From assembly GCA_016782645.1 (NCBI GenBank), contig JADHYC010000001.1, positions 16,579-80,578 on the forward strand: DNA of 64,000 bases, written 5' to 3'. The notes beneath the pieces were generated by a model. It made no database searches. It had not been told where the DNA came from and saw only the letters and a list, made by a program, of their open reading frames with translations. The stretch is from Fidelibacterota bacterium (GTDB lineage Bacteria; Fidelibacterota; UBA2242). Shown piece after piece: positions 1-9,064 of the stretch; position 1 is the stretch's first letter; each line of letters opens with the position of its first letter. The position numbers were made by a program, and so were the translations under genes.

Positions 1-260
1 AGCCGAGTCGTTTTGATCTTTATGGTTATGATACAATGATGGCTGTTTTATCTAATTTTGGAGCAGGAGAAATTACAAGAAAAGAAATTAGAAAAAAACT
101 TAGCCTAATGCCCACATATCATGGAATTTGCCGAAATATATCTTTTAAGGGAAATAGACCAAGGGTCAACTCGTGTGCATTTATTTTATCCTTTGATAAA
201 GGACTTATTCGACCTACTGCAATTATTGAAAATGGTGATTTAGTTACAATTGCTGAATAA
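1..260 (+). CDS. 3'-terminal fragment of a CDS that starts upstream of the window (frame open from nt 3; ends ...IIENGDLVTIAE*); function unknown
   Basis: Frame 3 has no stop between nt 3 and the TAA at 258-260. The listed 36..260 ORF is only the Met-initiated tail. I did not recognise a family. Confidence 0.3.
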   Translation, partial: PSRFDLYGYDTMMAVLSNFGAGEITRKEIRKKLSLMPTYHGICRNISFKGNRPRVNSCAFILSFDKGLIRPTAIIENGDLVTIAE

Positions 261-372
261 AGATAAACCAATATTCATCACGATATATCGGGGTCAAATC
301 GGTTTTGGGTTATAAGACAAAAAACAAATTAATACTCGCTTCTCCCGGTCGGAAATTGGTTTGTGTGGTCTT

Positions 373-1131
373 ATGAGAAATGGCATAGAAATTCTACAAT
401 CTTCATTATTGTTTCCTTACAGTGAGGTCTGTCATGGATTTAGTACTCGAACTGGTGGAGTGAGTAAGGGAAAATTTAAGTCATTAAATCTTGGTTTAAC
501 AGATGGGGATTTAAAAAATAATATTGAAAAAAATCATAGGCGGTTCTGCCGTGAATTAGGCTTTTTACCTGATAAATTGGTTCAGCTGGTTCAAGTACAT
601 AGTAATAATGTTGCTGTTGTTACTGAACCTGGAATAATTCCTCAAACTGACGCACTTGTCACTGATGTTGAAGATATATTTTTAAGTATAAAGACGGCAG
701 ATTGTGCTCCATTGATACTTTTTGATTCTGTCAGAAAAGTGGTGGGAGCCATACATGCCGGTTGGAAAGGGATTGTACAAAATATTATTTCTGAGACAAT
801 TAATGTTATGAAAAGAGTATATAAAACCAGGTCAGACCACGTTTTGACGGTTATAGGTCCGGCAATTCATGACTGCTGTTATGAAGTTAAAAGTGAAGTA
901 GCCGGTAAGTTTGATGTTTCAGAAATAATCGAAAGAAATGGCAAATTGTATTTAAACTCCGTATTAGCAATTAAGAATAGACTTATAAAATCAGGATTGC
1001 TTTTAGATAACATTCATGATATTGCTCTTTGTACTTCATGCAATGCTAACAAATTTTTTTCTTATAGACGTGACAGAGGGCAGACAGGAAGATTGATGAC
1101 AGTAATTGGTTTACAGAGAGATGAAATTTAG
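373..1131 (+). CDS. pgeF: Peptidoglycan editing factor / purine nucleoside phosphorylase YfiH (DUF152, laccase-domain) family
   Basis: Motifs HGFSTRTGGVS, SLNLG, VHSNNVAVV, TADCAPLILFD, AIHAGWKG and SYRRD are typical of YfiH/PgeF. The ORF opens with TTG at 361; the first ATG (MRNGIEIL) is at 373. Confidence 0.8.
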   Translation: MRNGIEILQSSLLFPYSEVCHGFSTRTGGVSKGKFKSLNLGLTDGDLKNNIEKNHRRFCRELGFLPDKLVQLVQVHSNNVAVVTEPGIIPQTDALVTDVEDIFLSIKTADCAPLILFDSVRKVVGAIHAGWKGIVQNIISETINVMKRVYKTRSDHVLTVIGPAIHDCCYEVKSEVAGKFDVSEIIERNGKLYLNSVLAIKNRLIKSGLLLDNIHDIALCTSCNANKFFSYRRDRGQTGRLMTVIGLQRDEI

Positions 1132-1329
1132 GAATGATTACACCATAGATGTATCCTCAGGAAATGATTAAATGTGTATGGAAGGGGGATACAAACCAAT
1201 TTTAATCCCGATTTATCAGGATTATACGAAAAGTGGGCTGGGAAAAAACCAATTTAGCCCTCTCCCGATGAATCGTGATCGGTTGGAAATTGGTTTGATT
1301 AATGACTATTATTGATTGGATGATATTTA

Positions 1330-1905
1330 ATGTATAATCTTTTTGATCTTGTTGTTGTAGTGGTAGTTGGTTTATTTGCATTTTTTGGATTGCGGAAGGG
1401 ATTAATAGAGGAAGCTATAAGGTTAATTGGACTTGTATTAGCATCATTTGCCGGAGTAAAGTACTACTATTTGGGAGTTGGATTAGTTAAAAGTATTTTT
1501 TCCTTTTCTGAAGGGGTTCAAACTGTTATAGGTTTTATTTTAATATTTTTGATAGTTTATCTTGCACTTCAAATTGTTAGTTCGATGTTGAAAAGAATTA
1601 TTAGGTCTCTGAATCTTGCTTGGGTGGATCGTACTGCTGGTCTTATTTTCGGTACACTCAAGGGAATTACTATAATGACTATTATTGTATGGATGATTTC
1701 TGTTTTTCCTGAATTGGGACTGGAAAAAAGGCTGAAAACCATTTCTCCAGCGTATATCTTACTGTTAGAGTTTAAATGTGGAATTGTTAAAACGTTCAAA
1801 GTTGAAGATGAGCTTGAAGCACTCAGGAATAGTCTCAGAAAGTTGTTTTTCCTTGATAATCACGAAGACATAAATGCTTTCGCTAAATCGAAGAAAGACG
1901 GATGA
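1330..1905 (+). CDS. cvpA: CvpA family membrane protein (colicin V production protein homolog)
   Basis: N-terminus MYNLFDLVVVVVVGLFAFFGLRKGLIEE and four predicted TM helices match the CvpA signature. ATG start at 1330. Confidence 0.7.
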   Translation: MYNLFDLVVVVVVGLFAFFGLRKGLIEEAIRLIGLVLASFAGVKYYYLGVGLVKSIFSFSEGVQTVIGFILIFLIVYLALQIVSSMLKRIIRSLNLAWVDRTAGLIFGTLKGITIMTIIVWMISVFPELGLEKRLKTISPAYILLLEFKCGIVKTFKVEDELEALRNSLRKLFFLDNHEDINAFAKSKKDG

Positions 1906-2097
1906 ATCCGCCTGTTTGGATACAGCTGTATTTCTGCCTGCCACTTCCGGCAATTGCCGGATGGCAGACGCGAGTATGTGGGTTTTTGTGCCTGTCCCGA
2001 TGGGGAGCGAAGCGATCTTTTATCGGGGATTAAGCGTGTCTCAAAGAGATCCCTAAATGGGATTGATTCTATTTCATTGTGTAGAGGAATTGTATTG
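1906..2097. other. GC-rich, hairpin-dense intergenic segment between cvpA and mutS2; candidate structured RNA or regulatory element (unclassified)
   Basis: Local G+C is far above the flanking DNA. Nested hairpins include ctgcca-cttCCGGCaattGCCGGa-tggcag, tcccgat[...]atcggga and atccc-taaat-gggat. Overlapping ORFs on both strands have no protein-like composition. Confidence 0.2.
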
Positions 2098-4506
2098 ATG
2101 GCCAATCCTTATCGAAAAAATACAGATTTCAATCCAAAGCAAAGTAAAAGAATAGAATTTAACACAAAAGATTCTCTCGGCTTTGATAAGATTCGTGACC
2201 TTATTAATAAAGAAACGGTTTCTGGAGCTGGCTATTTGAGAGTAGAAAAACTCAAACCGCTTTCCAATCTTAGCGAAATAATTGTTCAGCAGAACAGAAT
2301 ATCTGCTTTGAGGAATTTACTTGATGATAGTAATGACCTACCGATAGATAATTTTCACGATATACGTGAGGATTTGAAGAGATGCAAAGTAAGCGGTTCT
2401 TATTTCAGCGCAGAGACACTTCTTCATGTTAGCAATATACTAAGACAGTCCGATACTATCCGGCAATACTTTCGTGCCAACAAAGAGACTATGAAATCTC
2501 TTGAATTTCTTATAACTGGATTTAGTCCTTTGAACCCGATTTGTAGGTTAATAAATAGAATTGTAGATGAGGAGGCGAGGATACGGGACAGAGCCAGTCC
2601 GGAATTAGCAAAAATCAGAAGAGATGTGCAGCGTGAAGTGAGGCAACTTCATCGGGCGATTGCTCGATTAATGAATAAAGCGAAAAGCGAAGATTGGTTG
2701 CATGAGGAGAACCCGACAATTCGTGAGGGAAGATTAGTTCTACCGTTAAGAACGGAATATAAACGAAAAGTTCATGGAATAATTCACGGTCAGTCGGCAA
2801 CGGGGGCAACAACTTTTGTTGAACCTATGGAGGCAGTTGAAATTAATAACCGATTAAAGGAATTAGAACAGGAAGAAAAAGAAGAAGTGATAAAAATACT
2901 TCAGCAGATTAGTGGGGAGATAAGACCGTACTTTCCTGAATTGGAGCGGAATATTGTTATATTGATTGAACTGGATTTTATAAGGGCGTGTGCTAAGTTT
3001 TCCGAAAAGTTTAAATGTTCACCTCCCACAATATCAGAACAGGATAGAAAAATTGTATTAATTAATTCGAAGCATCCTCTGCTTTCATTGGTTAAGAAGG
3101 TTGTTCCGTTGAATCTCTCTCTTCCTGATGGTATAAGTTCAATGATTATTACCGGTCCTAATGCAGGCGGTAAAACTGTGGCAATGAAAACTGTTGGGCT
3201 TTTAAGTGTAATGGCGATGTCCGGACTGCATATTCCAGCTGATGAAGGAAGCCATATTCCTTTCTTTGATAAATTTCTTGTTGACATTGGTGATCTACAA
3301 TCAATAGAAAATGATCTCTCAACTTTCTCCTCACATGTCTCAAATCTAAAGGTATTTTTAGATGAATCTACGGATCAAAGTCTGGTTCTTGTTGATGAAT
3401 TGGGAACAGGAACAGAACCGGTCGAAGGTTCGGCACTTGGACAAGCAGTTCTTGAGAGATTAGTTGAAAAAAGAGCCTTTACTATTGTTACAACTCATCA
3501 TAATGCACTTAAAGCATTTGCAGATAAAAGTCCGAATGTAGTTAATGCTGCAATGGAATTTAGTACAGATACATTGAGTCCAACTTATCGTTTACGTTTA
3601 GGTTATCCTGGAAGCAGTTATGCACTTGAAATTTCTAAGCGCCTGGGTCTGTCCGATAAAGTGATAGACCGTGCCCGTAAAATTATGGGTAGAGATACAG
3701 TTAAACTTGAAAATCTTCTTCTTGAAGCTGAAAAACTAAAGACTAAACTTGAGGAAAAAAATAAAACCGTTGCTCAAAATAAAAAGACACTTGATAAAAT
3801 TGTTTCTGAATATGAATCCCGACTTGATTCCGTCAATCAGAAGTATGAAAAAATGGATAAGGAGCTTGCCGTAAAACTTGAAAAAATTGCTAATGAATCG
3901 CGATCTCGTATTGAATCAGCTGTTAAAGAAATACGTGAGAGAGATGCTGACCATGAATCAATAGTTCATGCGAGGAAAGTTATAGAAGAAATAAAGCAAA
4001 ATGCAATAATGCATAAAAAGGTTCAAAAGAGAGTTAGCTATTCAAAGGGACAGGGGGGAGAAATCACGGTAGGAAGCTGGGTGAAGGTGGAGAGTGTTGA
4101 TGAGCCGGGACAGGTGATAAATATTTCTGAAAAGAGTAATAGAGTTGCTGTTGAGATTGGCAGTAAAACCCTCTGGGTATCACATGATTCGATCAAACTG
4201 CTGGAAACCTTGGAAAAGAAAAAAGATATTTATGAATCTCCAGTAGCTATTAAAGCGGAGCAGGTGCCATCTCAGAAATTAGACCTGAGAGGAATGAGAG
4301 TTGATGAAGCGGAAAATGCTTTAATTAAGTATCTTGACCAGGTAATTTTATCAGGACTGAATGAGATTGAAATTATTCATGGAATGGGAACAGGAGTGCT
4401 TCAAAAAATGGTCTGGGATGTGTTGAAAAATTTCCCTGGAGTGCGTAAGTTTCATTTTGAAGATTTTGATAGGGGGGGCACAGGAGCTACAATAGTAAAG
4501 TTATGA
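2098..4506 (+). CDS. mutS2: Endonuclease MutS2 (MutS domain V ATPase plus C-terminal Smr domain)
   Basis: Walker A (GPNAGGKT), MutS signature region (STFSSHVSNL...VLVDELGTGTEP) and a C-terminal Smr domain (LDLRGMRVDEAENAL...IIHGMGTGVL). The ORF extends upstream to 1954, but the MutS2 N-terminus (FDKIRDLI) begins at ATG 2098. Confidence 0.9.
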   Translation: MANPYRKNTDFNPKQSKRIEFNTKDSLGFDKIRDLINKETVSGAGYLRVEKLKPLSNLSEIIVQQNRISALRNLLDDSNDLPIDNFHDIREDLKRCKVSGSYFSAETLLHVSNILRQSDTIRQYFRANKETMKSLEFLITGFSPLNPICRLINRIVDEEARIRDRASPELAKIRRDVQREVRQLHRAIARLMNKAKSEDWLHEENPTIREGRLVLPLRTEYKRKVHGIIHGQSATGATTFVEPMEAVEINNRLKELEQEEKEEVIKILQQISGEIRPYFPELERNIVILIELDFIRACAKFSEKFKCSPPTISEQDRKIVLINSKHPLLSLVKKVVPLNLSLPDGISSMIITGPNAGGKTVAMKTVGLLSVMAMSGLHIPADEGSHIPFFDKFLVDIGDLQSIENDLSTFSSHVSNLKVFLDESTDQSLVLVDELGTGTEPVEGSALGQAVLERLVEKRAFTIVTTHHNALKAFADKSPNVVNAAMEFSTDTLSPTYRLRLGYPGSSYALEISKRLGLSDKVIDRARKIMGRDTVKLENLLLEAEKLKTKLEEKNKTVAQNKKTLDKIVSEYESRLDSVNQKYEKMDKELAVKLEKIANESRSRIESAVKEIRERDADHESIVHARKVIEEIKQNAIMHKKVQKRVSYSKGQGGEITVGSWVKVESVDEPGQVINISEKSNRVAVEIGSKTLWVSHDSIKLLETLEKKKDIYESPVAIKAEQVPSQKLDLRGMRVDEAENALIKYLDQVILSGLNEIEIIHGMGTGVLQKMVWDVLKNFPGVRKFHFEDFDRGGTGATIVKL

Positions 4507-4626
4507 GTTTTACAAATGCAGATTGTAAATATCAAATTGCAAATTGCAAGGTTTCTTGGAGCAATATTAAGTTAATTTTTTATATTGAACTTTGTGTCTT
4601 TGTGACTTAGTGGCGATTGAGAAATA

Positions 4627-6453
4627 ATGGCAAGAATTCCTCTATTAACAGTAGAACAAATAAAAGCCAGAGCGGACATTCTTGATATCGTTTCTGAATT
4701 TGTACAATTGAAGCGGTGTGGGAGAAATTACTTCGGTTTGTGTCCTTTTCATGAAGAAAAAACACCTTCTTTTAGCGTTAATCCATCCATGGCTATTTTC
4801 CACTGCTTCGGATGCGGAAAGGGCGGTAACGCTATAAGTTTCATAATGGAATATGAAAAAATCGGCTATGTTGAAGCTCTTAAACGTCTTGCTGATAGAT
4901 ATGGAATTGAGATCGAATGGGAAGAAGGAGATACTTCTAGAAGAGGTGAAGCGGAATTACTTTATGAATTACATGATATAGCGAATAATTTTTACAATAG
5001 ACAGCTCTCCTCGGAAAAAGGGGCTGAGGCTCTAAAATATTTAATCGGTAGAGGGTTCAACAAATCTATTCTAAATCAATTTTCTATTGGTTTTGCTACT
5101 GACGAATGGGAAGGACTTTTTAAGCAATTGGATAAAAACCGCTTTACTCCAAATATTCTAGAAAAATCAGGTTTATTTGTTAGGAAAGATGGTAATAATT
5201 TCTACGACCGCTTTAGGAACAGGATAATATTTCCTATTAAAAATATTTCCGGCAGGGTGATAGCATTTGGTGGAAGAACGATGAACCCGGATGAGGACGC
5301 AAAATACATCAATTCACCTGAAACGCCTATCTATTTTAAAAGTGGTATTTTTTACGGGTTATCTGCTTCTAAAGAAGCTATCAGAAAATCAAATGAAGCA
5401 ATTCTTGTAGAGGGATACACCGACTTTTTACGTTTCTACACTTCTGGTATAACAAATGTAATTGCGGCTTCAGGAACCGCTCTAACATATCACCATGCGC
5501 ATATCCTGAAACGTTTCGCTTCAAAAGTTTCTCTCTGCTACGATGGTGATGAAGCGGGCAAGAAGGCAACTGAAAGGGCAGGATTTATTCTTCTCAGGGA
5601 GGGACTTGATGTTAGAGCGATTGTTCTTCCAGAGGGTGAAGACCCCGATTCACTTTTGAAAAACAGTGACATTTCTGCTTTTAAAAAGATTTATGATGGA
5701 GCGCTCGAATTTATCCAATTTTATATTGACCTGCATAAAGATTCAATGACTACACCGGCTTCAAAGGCACTGTTTGTTGAGCAAATGGTTGAAGAGTTGG
5801 CACAAATCAGGAATCCGGTGACAAGGGATTTCTTCATTAAAAAAGTAGCCGAACATTTAGGGTTGAAAGTAGATATTATTTACAGTCAGATTCGTTATTT
5901 CTATCGAAAGAAGGGAACTCAGAAAAGAGCTTTACCTCGATCTGAAGAGCAAGTAAAATATAAAATACAATTAAATACTGCTCCTGAAAAAGCAGAATAT
6001 GAACTTTTAAAGGTTTTTCTCTGTCAACAAAAAGACCTGCAGAAGATTATAATAAATAATATTAAGAAAAAGAATTTTAAGCATCCTGTTCTAAGTAAGT
6101 TGGCGAAGAAGATTATTGATATGATAAAATCAGGAGATGAGTTTGTTCCTTCAGATATTTTCAATTACGAATTGTCGGAAAAGGAAAAGCTATATCTGTC
6201 GAGACTTATTCTTGAATCAGAGTCACTGCAAACTGAAACTGATTTAAAGGATTTATATAATCTTGCAACTGATTGTATGATAGTGCTGCTGACAATAGAA
6301 GTGGATAAGGATATTCGTGAATTGAGAGAAAAAATAAAGGAAGCAGAGAAGAAGGGAAAAGAAACAGTTGATTTTGTTATAGAGTTATCAAAGCAGCGAA
6401 ATAGAAGACGTGAAATAGAAAAGCGACTGCACAAGATTGAAATCAGGGAATAA
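4627..6453 (+). CDS. dnaG: DNA primase DnaG
   Basis: CHC2 zinc finger (CPFHEEKTPSFSVN...FHCFGCGKGG), RNA polymerase domain and Toprim (ILVEGYTDFL...DGDEAG). Confidence 0.9.
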   Translation: MARIPLLTVEQIKARADILDIVSEFVQLKRCGRNYFGLCPFHEEKTPSFSVNPSMAIFHCFGCGKGGNAISFIMEYEKIGYVEALKRLADRYGIEIEWEEGDTSRRGEAELLYELHDIANNFYNRQLSSEKGAEALKYLIGRGFNKSILNQFSIGFATDEWEGLFKQLDKNRFTPNILEKSGLFVRKDGNNFYDRFRNRIIFPIKNISGRVIAFGGRTMNPDEDAKYINSPETPIYFKSGIFYGLSASKEAIRKSNEAILVEGYTDFLRFYTSGITNVIAASGTALTYHHAHILKRFASKVSLCYDGDEAGKKATERAGFILLREGLDVRAIVLPEGEDPDSLLKNSDISAFKKIYDGALEFIQFYIDLHKDSMTTPASKALFVEQMVEELAQIRNPVTRDFFIKKVAEHLGLKVDIIYSQIRYFYRKKGTQKRALPRSEEQVKYKIQLNTAPEKAEYELLKVFLCQQKDLQKIIINNIKKKNFKHPVLSKLAKKIIDMIKSGDEFVPSDIFNYELSEKEKLYLSRLILESESLQTETDLKDLYNLATDCMIVLLTIEVDKDIRELREKIKEAEKKGKETVDFVIELSKQRNRRREIEKRLHKIEIRE

Positions 6454-6492
6454 AACCGGGATAGAGTCATAAGCGCAATATTTATACTATCT

Positions 6493-7017
6493 ATGATATT
6501 TGTCTTCCTAACAGTATTTGTGGAATCTGTCAATTTGCTACTTCAACTAAAGGGTAAAATATTAAGTCGCTGGTTTGGTAAAAACGCTTTTGTAATACAT
6601 GCAGTAATCACTTTAGCTTTCTGGACTGTTGCATTTTGTTTCGTTTTTGCTTTACAATTTGAAAAACATCCGTATTTTCACAATAGCGATTTTCTGAAGT
6701 ATGCCGGATTTGCGTTGATGATTCCAGGATTAATCATGGCGGTTTGTGGATTCAAATTACTGGGATTGAAGCGTGCACTGTGCCTCAATTTTTTTAAAGA
6801 GAATGTACCGCTGATCGATCATCCATTGTATCATTATGTGAAGAATCCTTCTGATTACGGTTTCTGGTTGATGATGCTTGGTTTTGCGCTCTTTAGTCGA
6901 TCGCATTATAATCTGATCATTGCGCTTGAATTTATTGCCCTCATGATACCGCATATTTACCTGGAAAATGTGCCGCTAAAAGCAAAAAAAGGTAACATAC
7001 GAGATATTAGTATTTAA
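6493..7017 (+). CDS. Membrane methyltransferase family protein (isoprenylcysteine carboxyl methyltransferase / phospholipid methyltransferase-like)
   Basis: About four TM helices and the C-terminal motif DHPLYHYVKNPSDYGFWLMMLGFAL, which resembles the ICMT/PEMT consensus (..G.Y...RHP.Y.G..l..lG..l). Confidence 0.45.
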   Translation: MIFVFLTVFVESVNLLLQLKGKILSRWFGKNAFVIHAVITLAFWTVAFCFVFALQFEKHPYFHNSDFLKYAGFALMIPGLIMAVCGFKLLGLKRALCLNFFKENVPLIDHPLYHYVKNPSDYGFWLMMLGFALFSRSHYNLIIALEFIALMIPHIYLENVPLKAKKGNIRDISI

Positions 7018-7049
7018 CCCGGCTGCAAAACTCACGACTAAATATAAAC

Positions 7050-7091
7050 GCTCTACTATGAGGTAGGCTTATAGTAGAGCTTGTAAATTTT
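7050..7091 (+). terminator. Stem-loop downstream of the 6493..7017 gene (possible intrinsic terminator)
   Basis: gctctactat-[gaggtaggctt]-atagtagagc is a perfect 10-bp inverted repeat followed by ttgtaaatttt. The T-tract is weak. Confidence 0.35.
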
Positions 7092-7540
7092 AACGGTCTG
7101 CTGCCGTTTTTCTATTTATCTATTGCTTTTACAAATAATTGAAATAAATTATTAATACATTTAGGGGCAGTGCTAAAAAGAGGAGGAAAGGCAGCCGAAA
7201 AGTTTTTGGTGCCTAACTTTGAAATTTGGAGTTGTAATGAGACGAAAGCCCGATCACAGAATCTGCAAGCCATTTCTCGAGGAGGATTTTCAAAAGATTC
7301 TTTTCCTCTGGAGTTTTATATCGTACCAAACTTACAAAACAGTCAATAATGTAATAAGGCTATGTGTCCGAAACTCACATTCCGTCCTGAACATCACAAC
7401 TTAATTATTCCCTTCAATACCAATGACTTTATTGCAGGATATATCTACCGCTCGATAAAAAGAGCATCTTCAGTTCACGCCCGTTGGCTGCATGATGTTG
7501 GATTCACACTTGATTATAGGAAATTCAAATTCTTCACCTT

Positions 7541-7832
7541 CTCCCGGGGGGATGTTTGAATCGAACTAAAGTAGAATTGTCCCGCTTTCAGCGTGATCTC
7601 CGCTGCGTTTCGAAAATCTTCTTAGTTTGCTGTGGAATGTAGTGTAGCAGTACCGGCTTGGTGGGGAATCAAACTAAAGCGTCGAACACGTCAGTATCTG
7701 ATAGAATTGTCCCGACTTTGATGTGTGATAAATTCAAGTATTGTCACAGAAAAAGAGTTCTGCGAAACGGGGTTGAGCAATCCTGACTTGTCGAGGAATA
7801 TAACTAAAGCATCGAAGAGATCCCCGGGACAA
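7541..7832. repeat. Composite repeat element in a 1-kb non-coding gap: three direct copies of GAATNNAACTAAAG, two copies of TAGAATTGTCCCG(C/A)TTT, and GC-rich ends TCCCGGGG...CCCCGGGA in inverted orientation
   Basis: Read directly from the sequence: GAATCGAACTAAAG at 7558, GAATCAAACTAAAG at 7666 and GAATATAACTAAAG at 7796; tagaattgtcccg at 7572 and 7702; ctcccggggggat at 7541 and gatccccgggacaa at 7818-7832. Confidence 0.4.
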
Positions 7833-8032
7833 GGATTGAAACAATTTGAAATATAAAGGACTTAATTTCAGTAGTTAATTGAAGGCGTCTCTTTTTCAAA
7901 GCGTCTCATAAAGGAGCAGGGCACTTTTTACTATCAACTTATATATTCACCAGGTTGCATTATTTGTTTATGTTTTGTTACTTATGTTCGAATTATGGGA
8001 ATTAAGGAAAATATATTATTTGGAGTTTTCAA

Positions 8033-9064
8033 ATGAAGAAGTTTTTACTTTTTATAATGTTTATTTTTCTCATTAGTTGCGGTGGTGGAAAGGAAGCATT
8101 AGAAGAAGAGCAATCAGAAGAGCAAAAAGTTCAGGGCGAAGAGGCAGCAGTAAGTGATGTGCCTTCGATTGTTACGTCGAATTTACATTTTTTACCTTCT
8201 TATCAGGAGCATGGTGGTCCACATATTCTAATAGATTCTCTTAATATTGTCATACCAATTTCGGATGCTGATTTTATGGATATGGTAAGATTTTCAACCA
8301 GGGAGTATAAAAAGTTAAAAAGAGTCTCTACCGCAAAGCCACCTCAAAAAGGAAAAGCAGTCTCTTCAAAGAAATCGAAAAAGGGTAAGGTGGAACGGAA
8401 AATTAAACCGCCTAATAAAAAGGTTCTCGAGGTATCTTATTTACCAGCATGGGATATTTTAAACAATAAAGCAGTTTATTATGAGGGAAATATTGAGGTT
8501 AACCTTCCACCAAAAGTAAAAATATATAAGGATAAGAATAAAAAATTTCACTATATAGATTATTATGGAAAGGATTCCAAAGTTGCTATTTGTAAAGGGA
8601 TATTTTATTATGCAAAAAGTGGAGTTATTCTTGAACAACGTATCGAGTTTGCTGGGAAAGGAGAGTTGACCGATATCAGTCCCTACTATTTTGATTTACG
8701 GTTTAATCTTATAAAGTCTGAATGGATAGTAAAATGTTTGTATTCAAACGAGAATAAGCTAAAAAAGGTAATTGTCATGGACGATTTCGGTAACATATTC
8801 TATAGTTATAGATTTCAATATGTGGATACTAAAGACTTCAAGTTTACTGTAGTTAAGGTCTTCGATAAGGAAAATAAGAAAGCGGGAAGTTATGAACTGT
8901 TTTGTGATAAATGGGGTATGGTTGAAAAAAGGGTAGAATATGATGAAAACGGAAGGAGAAAAGGATATAAGTTATATACTTCCGATTTGGAAAAGAGAGA
9001 GATTATTGTAGATAGTTACGATAACGAGGGAAATCATATTGTAAGAATACGACAGAATTTATAA
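8033..9064 (+). CDS. Hypothetical lysine-rich lipoprotein
   Basis: Signal peptide plus lipobox (MKKFLLFIMFIFLISCGGG). No recognisable catalytic motif. Its stop overlaps the next gene's start (TAATG), so it is operonic. Confidence 0.5.
   Translation: MKKFLLFIMFIFLISCGGGKEALEEEQSEEQKVQGEEAAVSDVPSIVTSNLHFLPSYQEHGGPHILIDSLNIVIPISDADFMDMVRFSTREYKKLKRVSTAKPPQKGKAVSSKKSKKGKVERKIKPPNKKVLEVSYLPAWDILNNKAVYYEGNIEVNLPPKVKIYKDKNKKFHYIDYYGKDSKVAICKGIFYYAKSGVILEQRIEFAGKGELTDISPYYFDLRFNLIKSEWIVKCLYSNENKLKKVIVMDDFGNIFYSYRFQYVDTKDFKFTVVKVFDKENKKAGSYELFCDKWGMVEKRVEYDENGRRKGYKLYTSDLEKREIIVDSYDNEGNHIVRIRQNL

Noticed and set aside
36-260. Independent 74-aa gene starting at ATG 36
   Set aside because: The same frame is open back to the first nucleotide of the window, so this is more likely the tail of a longer upstream gene.
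1906-2097. SRP RNA (ffs) because of partial resemblance to CCGGAAG...GCAGG of helix 8
   Set aside because: No GNRA tetraloop closing a helix with the conserved symmetric/asymmetric loops. The central hairpin loop is AATT. The resemblance is too weak to call without a covariance-model scan.
7219-7559. Two short overlapping + strand ORFs (61 and 65 aa) in the 7-8 kb gap
   Set aside because: No ribosome-binding site, no signal or domain motifs, they overlap each other, and the region looks non-coding and structured.
7541-7832. Possible CRISPR array (short repeats GAATNNAACTAAAG recurring three times)
   Set aside because: The repeats are only ~14 nt and imperfect, the spacing is irregular (108 and 130 bp), the flanks differ in organisation, and no cas genes are nearby. 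It is better described as a composite repeat or structured region.
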